Source: Burkholderiales bacterium
Lineage (GTDB): Bacteria > Pseudomonadota > Gammaproteobacteria > Burkholderiales > Burkholderiaceae_C
Assembly: GCA_043749975.1 (NCBI GenBank)
Contig: JAYVCL010000126.1
Location: forward strand, 1-56,946
Length of the DNA stretch: 56,946 bases
Direction: 5' to 3'
In this document: one piece after another, positions 39,152-47,952 of the stretch
Layout of the letters: each line of letters begins with the position of its first letter
Position numbering within the stretch: position 1 is the first letter of the stretch
The notes under the pieces: generated by a model
Told to the model about the DNA's origin: nothing
What the model saw: the letters and a program-made list of their open reading frames with translations, nothing else
The model's database searches: none
Program-made: the position numbers and the translations under genes

Positions 39152-39733
39152 TCAGCCCACGTAATCGGTGCGGTTGATGTAGCCGAGCGAGCCTTGCATC
39201 GACACCACGCGCGCGGGAATGCCCACCACCACTGCGTCGTCGGGCACATCGTGCGTGACCACGGCGTTCGCGCCGATCGCAACCCGGTTGCCGACCCGGA
39301 TGCCACCGACCACCTTGGCGCCCGGGCCGATGTAGACATCGTCACCCAGCGTGGGAACGCCGACCGAGCGGCCGCGGTTCGCCTGGCCGATCGTCACGCC
39401 GTGCGAGATGTTGCAGTTTCTTCCGATGACGGCAGCGTCGTTGACGACGATGCCGCCGAAATGCCCGATGTAGAAACCCGGCCCGATGCGGGTCGTGAAC
39501 GCGATCGAGATGCCGTACTTGTAGCGACAGTGGCGCAGCATGAGCCGCGCCCACGGGTGCAGCAAAAACTTCAGCCAGCCGTGCCGGCGCGTGGCCTCGC
39601 AGGCGCGCATCCAGAACACGTACTTGAACGACTCTCCCAGCACCAGTTCGCGCAGCAACAGGGCCGCGCCCGAGCGGCCATGAATGCGGTGCAGGTCGGA
39701 CATCACCAGCGAAGAAAAACGGGTTGCTCGCAT
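39152..39733 (-). CDS. hexapeptide-repeat O-acetyltransferase (second serine acetyltransferase-like copy)
   Basis: The blocks ..IGPGFYIGHFGGIVV.. and ..LGDDVYIGPGAKVVGGIRVGNRVAIGANAVV.. make it a paralog of 23548..24150. Confidence 0.8.
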   Translation of the reverse strand: MRATRFSSLVMSDLHRIHGRSGAALLLRELVLGESFKYVFWMRACEATRRHGWLKFLLHPWARLMLRHCRYKYGISIAFTTRIGPGFYIGHFGGIVVNDAAVIGRNCNISHGVTIGQANRGRSVGVPTLGDDVYIGPGAKVVGGIRVGNRVAIGANAVVTHDVPDDAVVVGIPARVVSMQGSLGYINRTDYVG

Positions 39734-39801
39734 GTAGTCTTTCTGATGTGCGCTTCAGCCCTTCGGCATCAAGGCCAGCGTGCCCGGAGCCGGCAATTCA
39801 T

Positions 39802-41034
39802 TCATCGATCCAGACAGCGGGCCAGCAGTTGCTCGTAAGCACCGAGCATGGCCTGAAGTGAGAACTCTTTCTCGACCCGCGCGCGTGCCTGGCGCGCCAA
39901 CTCGGGCAGGCGCCCGGGTTGGGCGCATTCACGCAGCACATCGGCCAGCGCGCCGGCATCGCGCGACGCGAACAAGAAGCCGTGCACCCCGTGCCTGACC
40001 TGCTCCCTGGCACCGCCGACATCGCTGATGATCATCGGCTTGCCCAGCGCCATCGCTTCGAGCGCGGCGATCGAGAAGGTTTCGGACACCGACACCAAGG
40101 CCATCACGTCGCACAGTTCGATGGCCTCGCGCACATCGGGCAGCAAGCCGGTGATGCGCACATCGCGCAGCAGCCCGAGGCGCAACACGTCGGCTTCGAG
40201 CGCAGCGCGCTCGGACCCGTCCCCGATGATCAGCACCTTCCAGTTCAAACCTTCGGCGTTCAGCCGCGCCACGGCCTCGAGCAGCAGGCGGTGCGCTTTC
40301 TCGGGGCGCAGCACGGCCGAGATGCCGACCACGCGGTCGCCGCTGCGCCAGCCGTGTCGAGCGCGCCCTTGCAGTCGCTGCGCGGCGCTGAGTCGAGGCG
40401 CGAAATACGCGGTGTCCACCCCGTTGTGGATGACTTCGTTGCGGCGCGAAAAGAGCGCCCACCGCCGCCAGTGGCTGCGCTGGTTCTGGCACACGAATAC
40501 CATCTGGTCGGTGACCCAGATGAAGGGTCGGTACAGCACCATCTGCGCCTGCTCTTTCCAGGTGCGCAGCAAGGTGGTGTGGAAAATGTCGACGATGACT
40601 GGCGCCGCGTGCGACTTGCGCAGCGCCAGGTGCAGGTACATCAGCGGGTAGATGTTGATGCACAGCACCAGCTTGGGTCGATGGGTGTCGAGCAACCGGG
40701 CCAGCCGACGCACCGCATCGAAATCGAGCCAGCGACTGGCGTCCAGGAACACGAGGTCGGCCAGGCGCTCGCGCTCGACATGCGGCAGCAAGGACAGATC
40801 GGGCTTCAGGAAGACCAGCACCACGCGCAGGCTGCGGCTGAAGTGATTGATGAGGGTGATGGCGTGGCGTTCGGCACCCCCATGCACGAACGAACTCATC
40901 AACACCACGATGCAGGCGCGGTGGTCGTCCGCCGCCCCTTCATGGCCAAGGTCAGGGCCAAGGCCGGCGGCTGGAGCGATGTCGGCCGGGCTCACGCGCA
41001 GGTCCGGCCCGTGGCCTTCATCGGCGTGCGGCAA
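39802..41034 (-). CDS. glycosyltransferase family 4
   Basis: The protein has ..GGAERH.. and ..VSETFSIAALEAMALGKPMIISDVGGAREQV... The start is uncertain because the track start is a TTG that overlaps the upstream gene. Confidence 0.8.
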   Translation of the reverse strand: MPHADEGHGPDLRVSPADIAPAAGLGPDLGHEGAADDHRACIVVLMSSFVHGGAERHAITLINHFSRSLRVVLVFLKPDLSLLPHVERERLADLVFLDASRWLDFDAVRRLARLLDTHRPKLVLCINIYPLMYLHLALRKSHAAPVIVDIFHTTLLRTWKEQAQMVLYRPFIWVTDQMVFVCQNQRSHWRRWALFSRRNEVIHNGVDTAYFAPRLSAAQRLQGRARHGWRSGDRVVGISAVLRPEKAHRLLLEAVARLNAEGLNWKVLIIGDGSERAALEADVLRLGLLRDVRITGLLPDVREAIELCDVMALVSVSETFSIAALEAMALGKPMIISDVGGAREQVRHGVHGFLFASRDAGALADVLRECAQPGRLPELARQARARVEKEFSLQAMLGAYEQLLARCLDR

Positions 41035-42601
41035 GGCCGTCGCCAGCCGCGGCCAGGCCCACCTGCTGCTGCGAACCGACCCGGGGCGACGTCAGCCGGG
41101 TGCGCCAACGCACCCAGTCAATGGCCAGGTCGGAGCCCACGCGGCTGTAGGTGTGCACGCCCGTGGCCAGGCCGCCGGCGCGCGCGGCCAAAGACGCCAC
41201 CGGGCGCTCACGAACGCCGTCATCGCCGATTCCCATGACCGTCAGGATCTGCAAGGCGCGTCCGTATCGCCCGCGGCAATCCTGCACCGGCCGCGCGGCG
41301 CGACCCTGCCACACGAACCACGGACCAGCCGGCCGCGACCAGGCGGGGTCGACACGGACCGGGTTGTGCGGGCTGGCGCGCCATGGGCCTTCGAGCCGGT
41401 CTGCCGAATAGAGGTGCAATTCGTCGTAGATGCAGCCCGCGTCGGTGGCCACCGACGCCGTTAGCCACCAGCGTGCGCCGTCGTGGTGGAGCGTCGCATC
41501 GGCCATGCGCACCTGCGTCAGCAGTTCGGCCACCGGCTCCCAGGGCCCGGGCAGTTGTCGCGCCCGGTACAGCACCAGGTTTCGACGCGCCGAGCTCTCA
41601 GGCAGCATGAACCATTGCCCCTGGTGCTCGAATACCTGCGGGTACGAAAGGTGGCAAGGCGCTTCGAGCACGGCGACCGGTTCAGACACCTCGCCGTCGG
41701 CGTCGATGGCCACGCAGGCGATGTGGCCGCGCTGCGTGGCGTACGGGAGGTCTTCGAAGAAAACCCACAGCCGGGTGCCCTGTCGAACCACAAAAGGATC
41801 GGCCCAGAAACGGTCAGCCGGAGGAATCAGGTCGATGCCCCCCGAGTCGGGCCACAAGACATCGGACGCCACCCCCTGGTGCACGGTGATGGCCCATTGA
41901 TCGTGTGCCAGCAAGCGGCGCGCGGCGTGACGAAGCGCCCGCCGCAGCGGTGCTTCGGCGACCAGACGTTGCTTGCCAGGCGGCACGGCCAGCGGCATCT
42001 GGTTGTGCACGCTGCCGCGCCGCCGCACCATCAACGCGGCCAGGCGCACCAGCTTGTCGGCGACGAAGTCCAGGCTCCTGCAGCGTGATCGTTCATCGAC
42101 AAAGCACTGCCACGAGACGTTCGTGGGTTCGGCGTTCGGTGCCTGCCATTGCGCGCCCACGGCCAGGCTGCCGTGCCCGCAGTTCAGGGCCTGCTCGACG
42201 GCTTCGATCATTCGGCACGCCGGCAGCCCGCCCACCGTCAGCGTCAACTGGAACGAGGTGCTGGCGGGATCGGCCGCATCGGCCAGGCGGACGATCAAAC
42301 CGCCCGGACGCTGTGAGGTCGAGGTCGTCATCGGGTCTGGCGCGCCCGGGGCCAACGCACGTGCCGGCCCGAAGATGGCACGGTCGAGGCGCCAGGCGAC
42401 GCGCGTCGACAGCGGCACATCGGGGTTCGCCGGTGCGCGACGCGTGAGCGTGCCGGAGCAACCCGTTTCAACCGCCACGGCACTGGCGAGAGCGCCGATC
42501 CAGAGCGGCGCGTCACCGAGCGGGATATCGATCTGCCACCCAAGAATGGAGGCCGCTTCAGGTGCCGCGGGCGGCAGGGCCGGTGGCTGGGCGACCTGCA
42601 C
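41018..42601 (-). CDS. uncharacterised two-domain protein; the C-terminal domain is a beta-propeller-like fold resembling the 'glucosamine inositolphosphorylceramide transferase' family
   Basis: The C-terminal half has ..FWADPFVV..G..WVFFEDL....G.I.. and ..YPQVFEHQGQWFMLPES... GTG at 42601 lies 4 nt after the upstream stop. The track ORF extension to 43111 overlaps the upstream GT gene. Confidence 0.5.
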   Translation of the reverse strand: MQVAQPPALPPAAPEAASILGWQIDIPLGDAPLWIGALASAVAVETGCSGTLTRRAPANPDVPLSTRVAWRLDRAIFGPARALAPGAPDPMTTSTSQRPGGLIVRLADAADPASTSFQLTLTVGGLPACRMIEAVEQALNCGHGSLAVGAQWQAPNAEPTNVSWQCFVDERSRCRSLDFVADKLVRLAALMVRRRGSVHNQMPLAVPPGKQRLVAEAPLRRALRHAARRLLAHDQWAITVHQGVASDVLWPDSGGIDLIPPADRFWADPFVVRQGTRLWVFFEDLPYATQRGHIACVAIDADGEVSEPVAVLEAPCHLSYPQVFEHQGQWFMLPESSARRNLVLYRARQLPGPWEPVAELLTQVRMADATLHHDGARWWLTASVATDAGCIYDELHLYSADRLEGPWRASPHNPVRVDPAWSRPAGPWFVWQGRAARPVQDCRGRYGRALQILTVMGIGDDGVRERPVASLAARAGGLATGVHTYSRVGSDLAIDWVRWRTRLTSPRVGSQQQVGLAAAGDGLAARR

Positions 42602-42605
42602 GCGC

Positions 42606-43832
42606 TCAGGCCCGGCTCGGCAGCGCGGGCTTGCCGGCTGTGCACAAGCCGTCGAAGAGTTCGATGTAGGCGGCGGTGCTGGCCTGGGCCGAATGGTGCG
42701 ACTCGAAGTAGCGCCGCGCGTTGATCGACGCGCGCTGCCAGGCCGCAGGGTCGCGCAGCCAATGGCGCAGGCGGCTTTCCATGGCGTCGAGATCGGCGCA
42801 GACCTGCCCGACGCTCTCGCCGTCGATTTGAGCCCCCACATCGACGAACGACAAGGTCGGCACGCCACGGCACCAGGCCTGCAAGAAGGTGTTCGGGAAG
42901 CCTTCGGCCAGCGCGGTGTTGATGAACACGCGCGCCTGCAAAAACCGCCGATCAGCGTCTTCATAGGGCTGAAATCCATCGAACCGCAGGTTGGGCAGGC
43001 TGCCCGCCAGCGCGGTGAGTTGAAGGCTGATGGCCTGGCTGTAGCTCGATGCGTCGGGGCCGCCGACGATTCGGAACACGGTTTCAGGCATCCGCCGCGC
43101 GAGTTCGACAAACAGTTCGACCTGCTTGTTTTCGCGCAGCACGGCGCACCACAAGACCTCGGCTGCGGCCGCGTCGTGCACGGCCGGCGAAGGCGGTACG
43201 AACATGCTGCGGATGTGGGTCGAAGCGCGGCCGTAATGCAGCCGGCACGACACCGCCTGGCCGGGATGCTGCACGACGATGCGGCTCACGCGGCGCACGC
43301 CGTGGCGAAACATGGCGCGGTACCAAGGGTCGCGAATGAGTTCGCGGCCCGGCACGAAATCGAAGTCGTTGGCCGCGGCAAACACGCTCTTGCGCCGGTG
43401 CAGCGCGCAGTACGCGGTGACCAGGCCGACGGTCATCGAAGCCGAGCGCAGGCAGTAGATGTCGGCATCGGCCTGGCGCAACGCCTTCCAGGTGCCTGTC
43501 ATGCGCGGATGCAGTGCACGCAGTACCGGAAGACCGTCGGCGGCATCGAACATTTTGACGATTCGGATGCCGTCGATCACCTCAGTGTCGGGCTGGCCGT
43601 AGTCCTCGGACGCCACCGACACCGGGTACCCGCGCTGCACCAGTTGACGCGCCAGAAACGCCTGCTGCACTTCGGCACCGCCCACCACCGCGATGTCGCC
43701 CCGACGGGCCAGCACCGGGTACATGCGCGGCGCGACGAAACACACGCTCGGCAGCGAAGGGTTCGGCAAGGGGCTGGGCAACTCAGAGCCTCGTGCCTGC
43801 TGCCATGGATGCGGATCCGCGCGCAGATCCAC
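42606..43832 (-). CDS. glycosyltransferase (GT4-like)
   Basis: The protein has ..CFVAPRMYPVL....GGAEVQQ.. and ..NTALAEGFPNTFLQAWCRGVPTLSF... The start is uncertain (43832 or TTG 43781). Confidence 0.7.
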   Translation of the reverse strand: MDLRADPHPWQQARGSELPSPLPNPSLPSVCFVAPRMYPVLARRGDIAVVGGAEVQQAFLARQLVQRGYPVSVASEDYGQPDTEVIDGIRIVKMFDAADGLPVLRALHPRMTGTWKALRQADADIYCLRSASMTVGLVTAYCALHRRKSVFAAANDFDFVPGRELIRDPWYRAMFRHGVRRVSRIVVQHPGQAVSCRLHYGRASTHIRSMFVPPSPAVHDAAAAEVLWCAVLRENKQVELFVELARRMPETVFRIVGGPDASSYSQAISLQLTALAGSLPNLRFDGFQPYEDADRRFLQARVFINTALAEGFPNTFLQAWCRGVPTLSFVDVGAQIDGESVGQVCADLDAMESRLRHWLRDPAAWQRASINARRYFESHHSAQASTAAYIELFDGLCTAGKPALPSRA

Positions 43833-45315
43833 GCGCGGAGTTGGGCGTCGGTTCAGGTGCCCGCGCCGGCGCGTTGGCGCGCGCGTGCAAACCGCAGATG
43901 AATCCGATGCCGCACCACACGAAAACCTGCGACGGCAAGGGCGTGAAGGCCCCTCCCGTCAAGCCCTGCACCGCCATCGCGATCAGGGCCCACTTGGCAG
44001 CCTGAGCCATGGCTTGTTCTTGCGGACTCAAGCGCGGGTCAGAGCCGAGTTTTCTGGCCTTGCTGAACAGACCCCAGAAAAACCACAGCACCAGCGCGAG
44101 GCCCACGACGCCCATTTCGAGAAACAGCCGCAGGTAGGCGTTGTGCGGATGTCCGATCGCATCGCCCGTTTCTTCGTTGAACCCGGACGCCGACCAGAGC
44201 ATCGCCTGGATGCCTGCACCGAAGACGGGCGTTTCAACGGCGTCACGCAGCACGGGTATCCAGATGCCGGAGACTCGCCCGGCCGTCAGCGCATCTTCAT
44301 CCGCGTTCATGACCGACCCTTGGCCGATGCCGGTCGTCGCCCGGTTGACGAATTCCCTGGGGAGCAAGAGGGCGGCCAGCAGCAAGACCACCACGCCCAT
44401 CGACAAGCGCCAACCGATCTTGCCGCCGAAGAAGAAGCCTGCCAGCACGATCAACAGCATCAGGAACGCGTTGCGGCTGAAGGTCAGCATCGCCGCCAGA
44501 GCACACATCGATGCGGCCGCCAACAACCAGAACCGAAGCGCGGCCTTTTGCGGGCCGGCAGCGTGCAAAAAGATGGCCACGCTCGCGACGAACATCGGCC
44601 CCAGGTCGTTGTTGTGCATGCCCAGCCAGGCCAGCGTCTTTCGGGCCCGGGGTGCAGCCAACTCGGCCAGGCTGAATCCGGTCAACGCGATGCCGCCAAT
44701 GGTCACCAGGGCCATCAGCAGCGCTGAGATCAACAGCGGCCACAAGTACCGTTCCGGCTTCTCGCTGTCACGGATCAGCACCGAAACCAGCCACGCATAG
44801 GCCACGAAGAAAAGCGGTTTGACGACCTCGCCCGTCAGGTACTCCCATGGCCCCTCGAATTCCACCATCCCGTTTTCGTGGAACACCGGCAAGACCTCGT
44901 CCACGTGCTGCATTCCGTTGGCTCCAGCCAGCAACACCGGCAGCACGAAAAACCAAAGGATGCCCGAGTCCATGGTGCGGGTCGATTTCGGTCGAAAGGC
45001 CTTCGACCCCGACACGAAGTATCCGATGACGGTGCCGACCAAGAGCAAGTTGAGCGGGCTCAGGCCGGTCACGCCAAACATTTCGCGAGGGATCAAATGA
45101 GTTTCCGACAACGGCAGCAGGACGATCAAGGCAATCGCGCCGATTCGACAGTCCCACGCGACCGCCCCCAAGACCACCACCACCAACAGCAGCGACGCCG
45201 CATAGTGTCCGCCACCGATGCCGCTGAAGAAGCCGATGACGACGGCAAACAGCGCTGCGGCGGCAAAGGCCAGCAGGCCCGGAACCCATTGCGCACCTTG
45301 GGTTCGAAGCTGCAT
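43783..45315 (-). CDS. O-antigen ligase/Wzy-like polysaccharide polymerase family membrane protein
   Basis: It is a 510-aa polytopic membrane protein with a Wzy_C-like central loop, immediately downstream of epsI and xrtB. Confidence 0.65.
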   Translation of the reverse strand: MQLRTQGAQWVPGLLAFAAAALFAVVIGFFSGIGGGHYAASLLLVVVVLGAVAWDCRIGAIALIVLLPLSETHLIPREMFGVTGLSPLNLLLVGTVIGYFVSGSKAFRPKSTRTMDSGILWFFVLPVLLAGANGMQHVDEVLPVFHENGMVEFEGPWEYLTGEVVKPLFFVAYAWLVSVLIRDSEKPERYLWPLLISALLMALVTIGGIALTGFSLAELAAPRARKTLAWLGMHNNDLGPMFVASVAIFLHAAGPQKAALRFWLLAAASMCALAAMLTFSRNAFLMLLIVLAGFFFGGKIGWRLSMGVVVLLLAALLLPREFVNRATTGIGQGSVMNADEDALTAGRVSGIWIPVLRDAVETPVFGAGIQAMLWSASGFNEETGDAIGHPHNAYLRLFLEMGVVGLALVLWFFWGLFSKARKLGSDPRLSPQEQAMAQAAKWALIAMAVQGLTGGAFTPLPSQVFVWCGIGFICGLHARANAPARAPEPTPNSARGSARGSASMAAGTRL

Positions 45316-46062
45316 CTAAACCCCCTTGCCGATCAGGCGGCTGGCCCGATTGCCGAGGCTCGCAGCCAAGGCAGTGACGAATTCTTCTTGCTCGACCCAG
45401 GCCTGCGCCGGGTTGGGGTTGATGCTGGAAACGCGCACCAGCATGCCGTCGGGAACTTGGCCTTTAAGCCCGTACCCGACCTGCACCAGCAAGCGCTCGA
45501 CCCGGCTCAACACCACGCTGTCGCCCATGGTGAACCAGTAAGTCACCGGCTCGGACCGGTTGCGCATCACCGCATGCATGCGGGTGACCGGAATGGTGCT
45601 GGCCCCGAACTTCATGCGGCCGTGACTCAAGGCTTTGATGCTGAACCCCTGGGCGGCGTAACACACCTCCTGCCGATGCGCCTTCAGCGCGTCGCTTTGG
45701 TCGCCGCCATAGGCCACCGACAGCATCATCTGCCGGCCGCGCGAGTCGACGTAGGTTCTGGCCACGATCTGGTCGTAGATGGCGTCGAGATTGGCCTGCA
45801 CGTCGGGGGTCGGCTTGATCGGAACAATGCTGGGGTCGATCACCCAGTCGCCGATGCGCTCGGGAATCAGCGTGGCGAGATCGAGGTTCTTGTCTTTCAG
45901 GATCTGGGTCGGCTTCAGCGCGACGGCAGCCAAAGCCGCCAGCAGCAGCAGTGCGCACACGACCCACAAACGCAACGGCAACCTCTCAATGAAATGTGGC
46001 TCTGCCACTTTCTTTGATCCCTGCGGGGGACGGTCGGCTTCGGCCGGCCTTGCGGCGCTCAT
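45316..46062 (-). CDS. epsI: EpsI family protein (exosortase-associated)
   Basis: It has a single N-terminal TM segment plus a periplasmic domain. The start overlaps the exosortase stop (ATGA), the canonical xrt-epsI pairing. Confidence 0.7.
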   Translation of the reverse strand: MSAARPAEADRPPQGSKKVAEPHFIERLPLRLWVVCALLLLAALAAVALKPTQILKDKNLDLATLIPERIGDWVIDPSIVPIKPTPDVQANLDAIYDQIVARTYVDSRGRQMMLSVAYGGDQSDALKAHRQEVCYAAQGFSIKALSHGRMKFGASTIPVTRMHAVMRNRSEPVTYWFTMGDSVVLSRVERLLVQVGYGLKGQVPDGMLVRVSSINPNPAQAWVEQEEFVTALAASLGNRASRLIGKGV

Positions 46063-46928
46063 GCCTGAACCTTGCGATTTGCGAGCCAGCCGATGCGACC
46101 CATCAGGCTGTCGGCAGCGAACAAGAGAACCAGCCCGATGACGAACAGGAACATGCCGGCAAAACCGTGCAGGAAACCCTGGCCGGCTTCATCACCGAAA
46201 TAGTAGGTCAGCAAGATCAAGAAGATGACGCGCACCAGGTTCGCCAAAAACGCGATCGGCAAGATCAGCAGCAGCAGGATCAGGTTGCGGGCAACGCTGT
46301 GGTGCCCCATCAAAAACAAATACAGCAAGCCCATCGCGCTGAGCGAGAACATCGAGTTCAAGCCCGAGCAAGCGTCCGCGACCATCAACTGATACTGCCC
46401 GATGGTCAGCGTCACACCCGACCTGCCGATCGGCAGCCCGGCGCTGTAGAGCAGCGCTTCTGCGATGGAGGAGACCCGCTCCTTGAGCGGGAGCGTGAGC
46501 ATGTCGAGTACGAAGCCCGGCAGCGGAATCAGGAACACCAGGAACAGCAGCGGAAACCAATAGACTCGCAGGGCCGGCGTGCCGCCGACCACCAAAACCG
46601 CTCCGAAACACAGCGGCAGCAAGGCGGTCACGTCCAGAATCGGCAAGCTCTGCGAGCGGCCCACCACGTACAGCACGCAGCCCACGGCGATGAGGCCGAA
46701 GCCCAGCACTTGTTGCGTGTTGCTCACCTTGCCCAACACGGGCGGCTGGATTCGGGTCATCAGCCAGACGATGATCGCCAGCACGATGGGGCCATGCGCG
46801 TAAGCCTCGTCGTTCCACAAGCTTCCCCACAAGAAAAACGCAGTCGGAATCACCAGCACCAGCAAGGCGATGCCCAGCCACAGCCAGGGCAGACGTTGCG
46901 CGGTCAACCCGCTGACGGGTGTTTGCAT
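46059..46928 (-). CDS. xrtB: exosortase, XrtB-type (EpsH-like)
   Basis: It is a 289-aa polytopic membrane protein with ..LMVADACSGLNSMFSL.., the exosortase catalytic Cys region. It is embedded in an epsD-E-F-G-H-I-type gene order. Confidence 0.75.
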   Translation of the reverse strand: MQTPVSGLTAQRLPWLWLGIALLVLVIPTAFFLWGSLWNDEAYAHGPIVLAIIVWLMTRIQPPVLGKVSNTQQVLGFGLIAVGCVLYVVGRSQSLPILDVTALLPLCFGAVLVVGGTPALRVYWFPLLFLVFLIPLPGFVLDMLTLPLKERVSSIAEALLYSAGLPIGRSGVTLTIGQYQLMVADACSGLNSMFSLSAMGLLYLFLMGHHSVARNLILLLLILPIAFLANLVRVIFLILLTYYFGDEAGQGFLHGFAGMFLFVIGLVLLFAADSLMGRIGWLANRKVQA

Positions 46929-46982
46929 GCTGTGAGCTCACTCAACTGTGAACGGGTTGAGATCTGGCGCAAACGAAGGCAC

Positions 46983-47939
46983 TCAGCGCGTTGCCGCCTT
47001 GCGATCGGCTTTGTCGATGGCGCTGGCTTCGAATTCGTTGACGATCACCCCGGCGACCAAGGCCGATGTCTGCGCGATCATGGCCACCAGGTCTTGCAGC
47101 GCGCTCATGCGCGACGAGCCCTTGCGGGCAATCGCCAATGCCGCTCCGCAACGGGCCGCGATGACGGTTGCGTCGACCCCGAAAATGCCGGCCGGCGTGT
47201 CCACCACCACGTGATCGAACTTGGCGGTGAGTTCTCGCATCAGCAAGCCGAACGCCGGGCGTTCCAGCAGTTCGAGCGGGTTGGGCGGAATCACGCCGAC
47301 GGGAAGCACGAACAGGCTGGGCAGGTCGGGCACTTGCTGGATCACGTTGCCGTCGGACCGGCCAGACAGGATGCCGGACAGCCCCGAGGTATTTTCAAGG
47401 CCAAACACTGCGTGCTGGCGGGGCCCGCGCATGTCGGCGTCGAGAAGCAAGGTGCGGCCACCCAATTGCGACAATGCGACGCCCAGGTTGGCCGCGAAAT
47501 AGGTTTTGCCGTCGCCGGAATCGGGGCTGACGACCGCCAACGCGGGCTTGCTGCCGTCGCCGGTGAACACCCGCATGATCAATTGGCTGCGGATGGATCG
47601 AAACGCCTCGGCCTGGTGCGAGAACGGTTTGCTAGCAACGACCAACTCTTCCGAGAATGCGCGCTGCTGCTCGGGCGCGTACGGGTAGTGGAACTGCTGC
47701 GACAGCGCGAACAGCACATCGCGGTCTGAAGCGAAACCGAGTGCGATGGCGGCCTCGCCGAAGCGAAGCCCATTTTCGCGCTGATGCTGCAACACCTGCT
47801 CGACCTGTTCCGCCGTCAGGTTGTTGGTCTGGCTGATGATGTCGCCGATGGATCGGTCGTACACGGCCGGGTCGGCGTCTTGCAGCGGAGCCCCCGCAAC
47901 GTGAAGCGGAGAAGTCGTCGAATCTCGAAACTTTGCCAT
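46983..47939 (-). CDS. epsG: chain-length-determinant partner ATPase / BY-kinase-like protein EpsG with an N-terminal T2SSE_N (MshEN-like) domain
   Basis: Walker A (..SGDGKTYFAANLG..), A' (..LLLDADMR..) and B (..HVVVDTPA..) motifs are present. The N-terminal 90 aa resemble a GspE/MshE N-domain. Confidence 0.75.
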   Translation of the reverse strand: MAKFRDSTTSPLHVAGAPLQDADPAVYDRSIGDIISQTNNLTAEQVEQVLQHQRENGLRFGEAAIALGFASDRDVLFALSQQFHYPYAPEQQRAFSEELVVASKPFSHQAEAFRSIRSQLIMRVFTGDGSKPALAVVSPDSGDGKTYFAANLGVALSQLGGRTLLLDADMRGPRQHAVFGLENTSGLSGILSGRSDGNVIQQVPDLPSLFVLPVGVIPPNPLELLERPAFGLLMRELTAKFDHVVVDTPAGIFGVDATVIAARCGAALAIARKGSSRMSALQDLVAMIAQTSALVAGVIVNEFEASAIDKADRKAATR

Positions 47940-47952
47940 GGCGGGTCAGCGG

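Noticed and set aside
42602-43111. The 5' extension of ORF 41018..43111.
   Set aside because: It overlaps the 3' end of the GT4-like gene 42606..43832 in a different frame and has a Cys/Arg/Ser-rich composition. A GTG at 42601 lies 4 nt after that gene's stop.
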